This document shows positions 17,476 to 25,238 of a DNA stretch of 43,146 bases, piece after piece. The notes beneath the pieces are model-generated. The model did not search any database, was not told the origin of the DNA, and was given only the letters and a program-made list of their open reading frames with translations. Every line of letters begins with the position of its first letter. The first letter of the stretch is position 1. This DNA comes from a virus: positions 1-43,146 of the IMG/VR virus record IMGVR_UViG_3300000976_000006, one strand, 5' to 3'. Made by a program: the position numbers and the translations under genes.

Positions 17476-17847
17476 CTACTCCTTTTTCTTTTCTTTGCGC
17501 TTAACGATGTTCTTTGTCGCTCGAAATTCGTTGGCAGCCTTCGCAATACTATCAAGTCTTTCATGAATGCTTCTTTCCGAAAAACCTGCAGGTCTTTCTT
17601 GATAGCTCGGGCCATCTTCAAAACTTATTTCGTCGTAATCGAGTATGTCTTCGTCTTCGACTGGCTTAGAGATTGTTAATCTTTTTGTCCTTCGCAAAGA
17701 GTCATGCTCCGTCGAAGTTCGAGCGGCAATGTGAATCTCTTTTCCAAGGTCGCAATAGCAGTCGCGATAGTCGCCTTCTTCAAGCATGTTGGAGTGGAGG
17801 CCGAATAGTCGGCAATAAAGGCGACGGAGTTTTCTAAGCATCGTCAT
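17476..17847 (-). CDS. hypothetical protein (123 aa)
   Basis: ORF in the operon. No motif recognised. Confidence 0.5.
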   Translation of the reverse strand: MTMLRKLRRLYCRLFGLHSNMLEEGDYRDCYCDLGKEIHIAARTSTEHDSLRRTKRLTISKPVEDEDILDYDEISFEDGPSYQERPAGFSERSIHERLDSIAKAANEFRATKNIVKRKEKKKE

Positions 17848-17998
17848 GCTTCCTAGCCAGCTCTCGCAAATCCTTAATCACGGACCTTGCTAGGTCTTCG
17901 CCAATTTCTTTGAATCCGTCCTGGATAAGTCTCTCAGCAATAACTTGAGTCGCTGCTAATTGCCTGTAGGTATCAGTAGATTGTAATTGTTTCTCCAT
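17834..17998 (-). CDS. hypothetical small protein (54 aa)
   Basis: ATG 17998 is preceded by a strong AGGGAGG RBS. It overlaps the dnaB end by 26 nt. Confidence 0.45.
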   Translation of the reverse strand: MEKQLQSTDTYRQLAATQVIAERLIQDGFKEIGEDLARSVIKDLRELARKHDDA

Positions 17999-19259
17999 GA
18001 AACCTCCCTGTAACGACACCAACGGCGCCATGATTGTTTTTGCGAATAATTATCTCGACGTGATCATCTGGAATCTCTTTTCCAAATGCGTCCCTGTCTC
18101 CGTAAACAGACGGACGATAGAGAAAGAGCACACACTTTGCTTTTTCTTCGATGCCACCACTTTCTTTTAAATCGGAAAGCAGAGGCCTTTTATTTTCTCT
18201 TGATTCGCAACCTCTATTTAATTGCGCAAGCACGACATAACTAACGTCGTCTTGCTTTGCCGACGTTGCAAAAGTTTTCATAATGTCGTCGACAGCTTCG
18301 TGTCTTTTTTTGAACGGTTCGATTTTTACAAGGTTGATATAATCAACAACAACCATCCTTGTTTTATTCGCGACCTTATGGCGACGAACTGAATGAACAA
18401 TTTGTTCAGCATTCATTCCGGCGGTATCGTCTATTTTCCAGTTCGCGTTCTTTAGGGATTCAACGTTCTTGCTAATCTTAAAGAGTTCATCTTTGGACAA
18501 AGATTTTGGGTGCTGGAGTTTGCGCACTGGCACACCTGAAAGCCTTGCCATAATTCGATTTATATATGCATCTCTTGTGTCTTCCATCGAGAAGACATGA
18601 CAACCAGCACCATCTTTAAGTGCTCCAATCACAAGGCTCATGGCCATAGCGCTCTTGCCCATACCGGGACGACCTGCAACGACGGTCACAATGCCTGGCT
18701 TTATTCCGCCTAGCTGACTATCAAGCTCTGCTATGCCCGTAGCGATGCCGTTACTTTCGCCGCCGCCTTCGATAATCGAAACGATATTTTTGAACCGTTC
18801 TTGAAGTCCTTCCCAGACGCCAAAAGTCTGGTCGCCCGAAATTAGGTCGACGTCCTGTATTGACTTCTCAGCCCTCGAAAAGATTTCAACCGAGCCAAGC
18901 CCACTTTTTACATCCAAAGCGATCTGTGATGAAATGAGAGACGCACAGCGCAATCTGTGGGCTTCGACGATGACGCTTGCATAGCTTTCGATGTTTGCAG
19001 CTGCTATTTCTGTAGAGCCGCCGACCAGTTGGGATATCTCAACTGAACAACCTTCTTTGCTCATCTTTTCGGCAATTACGAGTGGGTCAATAGGCTCCGA
19101 TTTTTGGTTCGAATCCAGGATTGCTTCAAATGCGGTACGCCAAAGCGGCGAGGTGAACTTTCGAGGGTCCAAATCCGAGACCAGATTGACCGACAGCTTG
19201 TCGACGAAGCAAGAAACCACCACGGCCTCCTCAGCGTTTAGGTGGTTCTGGGTTATCAA
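17973..19259 (-). CDS. dnaB: replicative DNA helicase, DnaB family
   Basis: Walker A GRPGMGKSAMAMS, DnaB-type N-terminal domain, RecA-like C-terminal domain. 428 aa. Confidence 0.9.
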   Translation of the reverse strand: MITQNHLNAEEAVVVSCFVDKLSVNLVSDLDPRKFTSPLWRTAFEAILDSNQKSEPIDPLVIAEKMSKEGCSVEISQLVGGSTEIAAANIESYASVIVEAHRLRCASLISSQIALDVKSGLGSVEIFSRAEKSIQDVDLISGDQTFGVWEGLQERFKNIVSIIEGGGESNGIATGIAELDSQLGGIKPGIVTVVAGRPGMGKSAMAMSLVIGALKDGAGCHVFSMEDTRDAYINRIMARLSGVPVRKLQHPKSLSKDELFKISKNVESLKNANWKIDDTAGMNAEQIVHSVRRHKVANKTRMVVVDYINLVKIEPFKKRHEAVDDIMKTFATSAKQDDVSYVVLAQLNRGCESRENKRPLLSDLKESGGIEEKAKCVLFLYRPSVYGDRDAFGKEIPDDHVEIIIRKNNHGAVGVVTGRFHGETITIY

Positions 19260-20044
19260 GATCCACCGCCAAGAATCTTAAGCCCGCCGCCCAGGACGTA
19301 GGGCTTGGAAGCAACCCCGTTGATTTTTTCTGGGGCGCCCTTGGCTTCATCGAGATAGCGCGAAAAGTTCGATGGGCGGAAGAGCGTCGAAGGTCGGAGG
19401 TTCTTGGCCATCTCAGGTTTGGTTCCCCACTCGCGGTGCTTGAAGTCAACAACGGTTTTGATTTCGTCGATGGTTGTTTTGTTCTTACTCAGAGCTTCGA
19501 AGAAGCGAAGGGTTTCTTTGGTTGAAGGAGAATATTTACTTTTGATTTTGTTATTTAAATAAGCAACCCCCTCCTCGCAGAGGAGTTGCGCAACTCCGCT
19601 CTTGTTATTCTTATCTACTCTTATCTTATCTACTCTTATCTTAGGCGTTTCACCGTTACATGAAACGGGTGTAACGTTTCCTTCCGCTTCATTGGCAGTT
19701 TTCTTTTTTAATTCCCTGTACTTACGAACTCTTTCGGTACTGGACTTCCCACGACCCCATTCTAGCGGGTCCCATCCTTTTATCTGGAATCCACCGTCTA
19801 CTTTCACGAGTAACGATGAAACAATGCAACGTTTCAATCCGTTACATGCAACGGTTTCATCGATATTCAATTGATGGGCGAGGTACGAAGGTTCTAAGTA
19901 TTCATCTGGGATGAATCCATCTTTTTCTAATGCGGAATTTCGACAGATGCAGAAAAGAAAAACATCACGACCATCTCTTCCCGCCTTTATAATCTTAGGG
20001 TGTCCAAAGAAGTCAGCGGAAATTTTTGACCACGCGGCGCTCAC
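19256..20044 (-). CDS. replication initiation / replisome organiser protein (262 aa)
   Basis: The C-terminal VAYLNNKIKSKYSPSTKETLRFFEALSKNKTTIDEIKTVVDFKHREWGTKPEMAKNLRPSTLFRPSNFSRYLDE fits the conserved phage replication-protein C-terminus (DnaD/Phg_2220_C-like pattern YLN..f...t..li.aR....t.e....vi..K...W....m..yLRPsTLF...F..Yl). It lies upstream of and overlaps dnaB. Confidence 0.7.
   Translation of the reverse strand: MSAAWSKISADFFGHPKIIKAGRDGRDVFLFCICRNSALEKDGFIPDEYLEPSYLAHQLNIDETVACNGLKRCIVSSLLVKVDGGFQIKGWDPLEWGRGKSSTERVRKYRELKKKTANEAEGNVTPVSCNGETPKIRVDKIRVDKNNKSGVAQLLCEEGVAYLNNKIKSKYSPSTKETLRFFEALSKNKTTIDEIKTVVDFKHREWGTKPEMAKNLRPSTLFRPSNFSRYLDEAKGAPEKINGVASKPYVLGGGLKILGGGS
19611..19640. 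repeat. perfect tandem duplication of the 15-mer TTATCTACTCTTATC (CTTATCT sub-repeats), candidate origin iterons inside the organiser gene
   Basis: Read directly. It encodes KIRVDKIRVDK in the interdomain linker. A hairpin CTCCTC-GCA-GAGGAG (19571-19585) and a TTGCGCAA palindrome lie adjacent. Confidence 0.6.
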
Positions 20045-20289
20045 GCTACCCTCTTAACTTTCTTTGGAATCTCACCCCAGAACTCATCAAGGGACACACC
20101 ACATACTCGCGCTATCCTGTAAACATCGGTCAAAGGAGGCGCACCACGAGCGTTTTGCCATCTACTTAAAGTTTGTTTCGACTTACCCAAAAGCCGCCCA
20201 AGGTCAATAGATGAGAGCCCTTTTTTATTTCGCCAGTAAATTATCCGTGTTGCGATATCTCGCCGCACCGTCCTCTCACTTGGTCTCAT
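20041..20289 (-). CDS. Cro-like XRE-family HTH regulator (82 aa), first gene of the replication operon
   Basis: GLSSIDLGRLLGKSKQTLSRWQNARGAP is a typical HTH_3 pattern. It is divergent from the CI-like gene. Confidence 0.75.
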   Translation of the reverse strand: MRPSERTVRRDIATRIIYWRNKKGLSSIDLGRLLGKSKQTLSRWQNARGAPPLTDVYRIARVCGVSLDEFWGEIPKKVKRVA

Positions 20290-20406
20290 ACTAAGAACCT
20301 ATCAGATTAGTATCACATCATGCTACTCTTCGGTACACTTATTTACGTATACGTGATACCTCGGTAAACATTAAAAATAGTCCCATCTTGTGGGACAATA
20401 ATACTT
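20290..20406. promoter_or_regulatory. divergent promoter/operator region of the immunity switch
   Basis: Elements seen: a 17-bp dyad GTATC-N7-GCTAC (20310-20326), direct repeats TCGGTA[C/A]AC (20330, 20361), a perfect palindrome ACGTATACGT (20345-20354), GTGATAC (20353), and the dyad GTCCCA-N5-TGGGAC (20380-20396). A possible minus-strand promoter is TTTACC-17-TAAATA. Confidence 0.5.
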
Positions 20407-20748
20407 ATGAATAAAAAGCCAAGGGAAGAAAGTGTCTTAGCGACACCACTCTGGCGGACGAGAGTAAGGGAGTTTCTTGCAGATCAGCCGAGGGGTTACG
20501 CAACAAAAATGTGCTTAAGTTTAGGGTGTACAAAGAGCATATTCTACAAAATACTGGATGGGTCCATAAGAACCAGCACGTGGGTTCCCAAGATATCAAA
20601 ATATACAGGGGTCTCAATAAAACTCGAGTTTGACGATGTGCAGACCGAAGAGCTTTTTAAGGTTTTCGATTCCTTATCGGATGAAGACCAAGCTCTTTTG
20701 ATAGAACAAGCCAAACTATTGAAAAAAAGACAGACAAACGATCATTAA
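20407..20748 (+). CDS. CI-like HTH repressor candidate (113 aa) without a peptidase domain
   Basis: HTH-like GYATKMCLSLGCTKSIFYKILDG. It is divergent from the Cro-like gene and flanked on both sides by GTATC-N7-GATAC-type dyads. Confidence 0.55.
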   Translation: MNKKPREESVLATPLWRTRVREFLADQPRGYATKMCLSLGCTKSIFYKILDGSIRTSTWVPKISKYTGVSIKLEFDDVQTEELFKVFDSLSDEDQALLIEQAKLLKKRQTNDH

Positions 20749-20763
20749 ACTTATTTAAACAAA

Positions 20764-20817
20764 GGTATCTTTTGATGATACCATCCGTTGACATAGCGCT
20801 TAAATAGTTCATATAGT
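20764..20817 (+). promoter_or_regulatory. operator dyad GGTATC-N7-GATACC followed by a sigma70-like promoter (TTGACA 20788-20793, 18-nt spacer, TATAGT 20812-20817) for the early-left operon
   Basis: Read directly. The ATG at 20827 is only 9 nt after the -10 box, so the mRNA would be near-leaderless. Confidence 0.5.
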
Positions 20818-20826
20818 GGTACCCAT

Positions 20827-21564
20827 ATGGCCGTATATGAGGATTTACCAGGGGTACGGATTTCAAGCCTATCTCACATGGCGACTTCAGCTTTTGAGTA
20901 TCAATTCTATGAAAAGAACCCAGAAGCCTTCAAAGAGACTGCGGCGATGTGGCTCGGGACGGCCTTTCATTGCGACGCCCTAGAGCCTGAGAGGTTCCCA
21001 GAAGCCTACAAATTGTTTAAGGGCGCGAAGCTGACTAAGGCCGTAAAAGAGCAATACAAGGCGGACGGTTATCTGCCCATCAAAAAGAAGGACCTGGACA
21101 CCGTTAAGGCAATGACCGCGTCAGTTAAAGCGCATCCTTTGGCCAGCAACCTTCTCAACTCCGAAACGCTGAAAACCGAACACGTCATTCAATGGAAGTT
21201 CGAGGAGAAAAAATGCAAAGGGAAGCTCGACGGCATCGATATAGAAGCAGGTATTGTGTTCGACTTAAAGAAAACCAACAGCGCCGAAATGAATAAGTTC
21301 TCCTGGCAATGTCGCGACCTTCATTACCACGAGAAAGCCGCCTGGTATTTGCACGGCGCAAAGCAGGTCTACGGAAAAGACTTTGAATGGTTTTGGATAG
21401 CAGCCGAGAGCACGCCGCCTTATTCGTGTGCTGTCTATGGCGCATCCTTAGACCATCTCGAAGAAGCTAATCAGGAATGGAAGCGATGGTTTTACATGCT
21501 TTTAAAATGCGAAGAAACCGGCGAATGGCCAGGCTTGAATAACGACCAATTGGAGTATGTCTAA
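20827..21564 (+). CDS. PD-(D/E)XK exonuclease (RecE C-terminal / DUF3799-like)
   Basis: GTAFHCDALEP ... KGKLDGID ... IVFDLKKT gives a D...D/E-x-K arrangement. 245 aa. Confidence 0.7.
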   Translation: MAVYEDLPGVRISSLSHMATSAFEYQFYEKNPEAFKETAAMWLGTAFHCDALEPERFPEAYKLFKGAKLTKAVKEQYKADGYLPIKKKDLDTVKAMTASVKAHPLASNLLNSETLKTEHVIQWKFEEKKCKGKLDGIDIEAGIVFDLKKTNSAEMNKFSWQCRDLHYHEKAAWYLHGAKQVYGKDFEWFWIAAESTPPYSCAVYGASLDHLEEANQEWKRWFYMLLKCEETGEWPGLNNDQLEYV

Positions 21565-21926
21565 TGCCTAAACCAGGAGACCCGGTGACGGGTAATTATA
21601 AGTTGATGGACCTAAGTGATGACTTCATAAAAGGAGTAGAGCTTGGCGATGAAGTTTTTACGGTAACGATCAAGTCGTTCATTTATCAACTTTGCTGGGA
21701 TCATAATTTGAGAAAAGAAGTTACCAAGCCAGTCATCTACTTCACAAAAGGTAAAAAGGGTTTAGTTATGGGGAATCAGGTAAACAAAAGACGGATTGCA
21801 AAGTACGCGGGAAGTGAAAAGGTTGAAGATTGGATTGGCGTAGAAATCAAAATACACAACGATAAAACAGTCAGAAACCCAAAGACAGGTGAATACGGAG
21901 CAATAAGGGTCGTTGAAAAGAAATGA
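21564..21926 (+). CDS. hypothetical protein (120 aa)
   Basis: ATG overlaps the upstream TAA (TAATG). No motif recognised. Confidence 0.55.
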   Translation: MPKPGDPVTGNYKLMDLSDDFIKGVELGDEVFTVTIKSFIYQLCWDHNLRKEVTKPVIYFTKGKKGLVMGNQVNKRRIAKYAGSEKVEDWIGVEIKIHNDKTVRNPKTGEYGAIRVVEKK

Positions 21927-21994
21927 ACGAAGACCACGACCCGCCCGATTTCACCGAAGACGACCCTGACTATTTAAAGGATTTACCATTTTGA
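21923..21994 (+). CDS. 23-codon acidic micro-ORF MNEDHDPPDFTEDDPDYLKDLPF (independent peptide or -1 frame tail of the 120-aa ORF)
   Basis: ATGA overlap with the upstream stop and TTGA overlap with the downstream start. The ending resembles the bacterial SSB C-terminal tip. Confidence 0.3.
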   Translation: MNEDHDPPDFTEDDPDYLKDLPF

Positions 21995-22197
21995 TTAATT
22001 ACAAAACAGCAGAACCCCATGTTGGCCTATGCATGGGCCATCTCGAGGCACACGGTCACGACGATGACCACTCCAAGTTAGCAGTTGAAACTTACATGAG
22101 TGCGTGGCGTCGAGGTTTGGAGGTTGAGGATGTGATGGCTGCTATTAAACAGCTCCATAGTGGTGTTAAGCGTAACCTGGAGAATCAAGAAAATTGA
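21991..22197 (+). CDS. hypothetical protein (68 aa)
   Basis: ORF in the coupled chain. The TTG start is uncertain; an internal ATG at codon 15 is possible. Confidence 0.45.
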   Translation: MINYKTAEPHVGLCMGHLEAHGHDDDHSKLAVETYMSAWRRGLEVEDVMAAIKQLHSGVKRNLENQEN

Positions 22198-22424
22198 AAA
22201 GTAGCTATTTGTTTTTGAATGAGAACAAGTATGTGCAGCAACTAGGTGTTTGCGGTGTACCCAAGTCTCTCGCCCAACACACGGCCCATTTTGCCAATCA
22301 AGTTTTGAGTTGCAAGATGAAATTGGGAGCTGGATTTTCTGCCATGTACTTAATGCAAATGATGCTCAAGCGCGACGGAATAATAAAGTCCGACGACGTC
22401 GACGAACCAACGAGGCCGGGATGA
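22194..22424 (+). CDS. hypothetical protein (76 aa)
   Basis: TTGA overlap upstream and ATGA overlap downstream. Confidence 0.45.
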   Translation: MKSSYLFLNENKYVQQLGVCGVPKSLAQHTAHFANQVLSCKMKLGAGFSAMYLMQMMLKRDGIIKSDDVDEPTRPG

Positions 22425-23359
22425 GCACAACACTAAAAGCACCTTTCCCATGGTTCGGCGGCAAATCAAAAGCCGCGAATATCGTTTGGGATGCGTTCCA
22501 TGAATGTAAAAGATACGTCGAACCGTTCGCCGGATCGTTAGCAGTGCTTTTGGCTAGACCTGATAACAAAGTTTACAAAGAAATCGTAAATGACATTGAC
22601 GGATTTATAGTTAACGCATGGCGCGCAATTCGAGACAAACCGGACGAGGTTGCAAGATATGCCGACCAGCCTGACTTTCAATGTGACCTAACAGCGCGTC
22701 ACCTCTGGTTAGTTCAGCGCAAAGGCACGCTCGCTGCTAAACTTGAAGCAAATGAAAATTACAGCGATCCAAAAATTGCCGGTTATTGGCTTTGGGGTTT
22801 AGCTAACTGGATAGGCCCAAACTTTTGCAAAAAAGGGCCATGGTCTGTTGACGAAAATGGCGAGATGGTTAAAGGCAAAAAAGATCAAGGGATAGGCAGG
22901 GGGTCACTACACATTGGCAACGATGGGCGAGGCATAAACAGAAAGTCACTAAAAGGCCTTGATCAATATATGCAAGCCCTATCGATTAGGTTAGCTAACG
23001 TCTTGGTCCTTTGCGGCGATTGGAGAAATGCCGTAAGCGATAGTGTTTTTAACAAGGCCTCCTTGCCTGTGGGTATTTTCCTGGACCCACCCTATGAAGG
23101 ATTTGAAGACACATACTCAAGCAATGAAAAAAACATCGCACTACAAGTGCAAGAATGGGCGATTAAAAACGGCGAACGCGATGATTTAAGAATTATCTTA
23201 GCCGGCTATAGAGAGCACGACATTTTGGCCGAAAACGGCTGGACTCCAAAAGCATGGAAGGCCGGACGAGGGATGGCCGGCAAGTCAAATCAAAACCGAA
23301 AAGAGGAAACCCTTTGGTTAAGCCCAACATGCTCAAAAATCCAAGGGAGTCTATTCTGA
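22421..23359 (+). CDS. dam: N6-adenine DNA methyltransferase, Dam / D12 class (312 aa)
   Basis: FPWFGGKS, EPFAGS (motif I) and FLDPPYEG (DPPY motif IV). ATG 22421 is coupled to the upstream stop, so the 57-codon extension in the track was rejected. Confidence 0.85.
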   Translation: MSTTLKAPFPWFGGKSKAANIVWDAFHECKRYVEPFAGSLAVLLARPDNKVYKEIVNDIDGFIVNAWRAIRDKPDEVARYADQPDFQCDLTARHLWLVQRKGTLAAKLEANENYSDPKIAGYWLWGLANWIGPNFCKKGPWSVDENGEMVKGKKDQGIGRGSLHIGNDGRGINRKSLKGLDQYMQALSIRLANVLVLCGDWRNAVSDSVFNKASLPVGIFLDPPYEGFEDTYSSNEKNIALQVQEWAIKNGERDDLRIILAGYREHDILAENGWTPKAWKAGRGMAGKSNQNRKEETLWLSPTCSKIQGSLF

Positions 23360-23574
23360 TGTTCTATAGAGAGCTAAGGCACGTCGTCGACTTCCAGGAA
23401 AACGATTCTAAGAGGAGTGGCTACCTCCAAGCTGTCTTAAGTTGTGGCCACACTCAAACTAAGTTTGTGAGAGCAACAATCAATACACTGCCGACATACT
23501 TTAAGTGCGAAGACTGCATTGCTTTAGCGGTTAACAAGTGGAGTTTTTTAAAAACGTCAACGAGGCCGGGATGA
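23359..23574 (+). CDS. hypothetical small protein (71 aa), Cys/His pairs SCGH...CEDC
   Basis: The ATG shares 1 nt with the dam TGA (TGATG). Confidence 0.5.
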   Translation: MFYRELRHVVDFQENDSKRSGYLQAVLSCGHTQTKFVRATINTLPTYFKCEDCIALAVNKWSFLKTSTRPG

Positions 23575-23750
23575 ATTACGACGTGTGCGAAAGATGTCTA
23601 ACCGGAGACCTCGCCGTTTCAACTGTAAAACTATGTTGGTTCAACACTGACTACAGCCAGCCCAGACGAAGCGACGTTGCCGACGACGAAGCCGAGCTTT
23701 GCCTTGATTGCACTACCGAGTTAGAGAGATGGATTAAGGACGAAAAGTGA
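23571..23750 (+). CDS. hypothetical Zn-ribbon-like mini-protein (59 aa), CERC...CLDC
   Basis: ATGA coupling. It is preceded by the repeated junction cassette CAACGAGGCCGGGATGA. Confidence 0.5.
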   Translation: MNYDVCERCLTGDLAVSTVKLCWFNTDYSQPRRSDVADDEAELCLDCTTELERWIKDEK

Positions 23751-23860
23751 ACGAGAAAAAGAAACCAGTGCCTTCAATCCCCGGCTTCGACCACGTCGGG
23801 CTTCAAAAGCAGCTACGTGAACTGGAGAAGTCGCTTGAAAAAATAAAGGATAAGAAATGA
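23747..23860 (+). CDS. possible 37-aa ORF (GTG start)
   Basis: It exactly fills the gap between two genes, with GTGA and ATGA overlaps. It is below the track size cutoff. Confidence 0.3.
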   Translation: MNEKKKPVPSIPGFDHVGLQKQLRELEKSLEKIKDKK

Positions 23861-24228
23861 TCGACCTAGCAAAGCACCGTGAGCTTGATGCGGAGGCGTC
23901 TCCTTGTCCATGGGTGCGCGTCCCTGAAGAACAAGAGGTGCACGGAACTTTAGCTCAAGGGACACGCGATGAGGAATCCATCCATGTATGCGGCAGCGTT
24001 GATGATGAGGTGTACAAAGATTCCCAGCTAATCTGCCTAATGCGCAACGACCACATGGCTATGGTTGATGAGATTGAGCGGTTGCGGGCAATAGTCAAAT
24101 CTATCGATACTGTTGAGTTGCAGGGTCAAGAAACCTGCCCAGAGTGTGGCGGTGAACCTGACAACGGATTCGATAGGTACGTTCCTCGAAGCGCATACGT
24201 TTGCAGTAAGTGTGAGGACCAACCCTAA
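23857..24228 (+). CDS. hypothetical protein (123 aa) with a C-terminal Zn ribbon, CPEC...CSKC
   Basis: ORF in the coupled chain. Confidence 0.55.
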   Translation: MIDLAKHRELDAEASPCPWVRVPEEQEVHGTLAQGTRDEESIHVCGSVDDEVYKDSQLICLMRNDHMAMVDEIERLRAIVKSIDTVELQGQETCPECGGEPDNGFDRYVPRSAYVCSKCEDQP

Positions 24229-24587
24229 TGACTAATCCCGACAACAAAAGCGATTGGTCTCACATCAGCGAAGGCGTGCGTGACTTGGTAATAACTTTAA
24301 ACAATGCTGGTTTTGAAACCACTGACAGTGGCGACGGCACTAACTTTAAAAACGGGATGGAGCACGCTTTGCCTTATAGGCATGTTTTCGGTGTGCTTAG
24401 AGACGGCAAAGATACCGACGATATCAGGGCTTGTGCCGAGGAAATTCATAGTGTGATCTGGGTTAAATACCCTTCAGCTATGGTTGAGATTAGCTACACA
24501 CTTGGAGGTTCGACCATCTTCATGGTCTTTCCCGACGGCCACAAAGATTGGGACACAACCCCTGCAAAGAAGGACCAAGGCGAATGA
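24228..24587 (+). CDS. hypothetical protein (119 aa)
   Basis: ORF in the coupled chain (TAATG). Confidence 0.55.
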   Translation: MTNPDNKSDWSHISEGVRDLVITLNNAGFETTDSGDGTNFKNGMEHALPYRHVFGVLRDGKDTDDIRACAEEIHSVIWVKYPSAMVEISYTLGGSTIFMVFPDGHKDWDTTPAKKDQGE

Positions 24588-24922
24588 ACCACCTCGACAA
24601 CAAAAGAGTTGTGCATAAAGGCATGGCTGGTCACTTTATATGCGCCGACCGATGCTGTTGGCATTTACAAAGTATAATCGATGGGCGATGGATGATTAGT
24701 AGCGTGGGATGCATGCATGACTATCGGAGCGAGGCGCCGAAGAGCTACGACAACCGCGTAGAAATTGGTTGCGGTCGTTTGTACGAAACGATGGTCTTCG
24801 ATTTAGAAGTCAGCAGCTGCTCAGAAATAGACATGGAGGGCTACAACGAAGAATCAGACGCCGACTCCGGCCATTTTTTGATGGTTGAGAAGTGGCTAAA
24901 GAAGACGGAGGAGACCAAATGA
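24584..24922 (+). CDS. hypothetical protein (112 aa), Cys-rich, contains YETMVF
   Basis: ATGA coupling at 24584. I prefer this to the track start at 24548. Confidence 0.55.
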   Translation: MNHLDNKRVVHKGMAGHFICADRCCWHLQSIIDGRWMISSVGCMHDYRSEAPKSYDNRVEIGCGRLYETMVFDLEVSSCSEIDMEGYNEESDADSGHFLMVEKWLKKTEETK

Positions 24923-24980
24923 ACCACCTCGACCAACACAGCTACTCGCGGGATTCGATAATTTTAAGGAAGGGTGCGTG

Positions 24981-25238
24981 ATGGGGTTTAAGAGGCGAAA
25001 AGAACCGAGTGCTATTAGCCTTGCCAGGAGGGGTGGTGTAACCCTGCCCACCTTTCTACGCGGCAAATGGCTAGAAGGCACAGATGTTGAAAAGGCTGCG
25101 ATTGAAGCAATAGTCCGTAGACTTCAGGCTGACAAGGATTCTGGATTTCTACTTGTAGACAAAGACGAACCCTTCTCCAAGGTCACATTCAAAGAGCGAA
25201 TCGAAAAGCTTAAGAAGGCGGTGAAGGGCGATGATTAA
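24981..25238 (+). CDS. hypothetical protein (85 aa)
   Basis: ORF in the chain. A GTG at 24978 is an alternative start. Confidence 0.5.
   Translation: MGFKRRKEPSAISLARRGGVTLPTFLRGKWLEGTDVEKAAIEAIVRRLQADKDSGFLLVDKDEPFSKVTFKERIEKLKKAVKGDD

Noticed and set aside
22250-22420. 57-codon N-terminal extension of the methyltransferase ORF
   Set aside because: The extension overlaps the 76-aa ORF and precedes all methyltransferase motifs. ATG 22421 forms an ATGA overlap behind a GAGG RBS, which is a better start.
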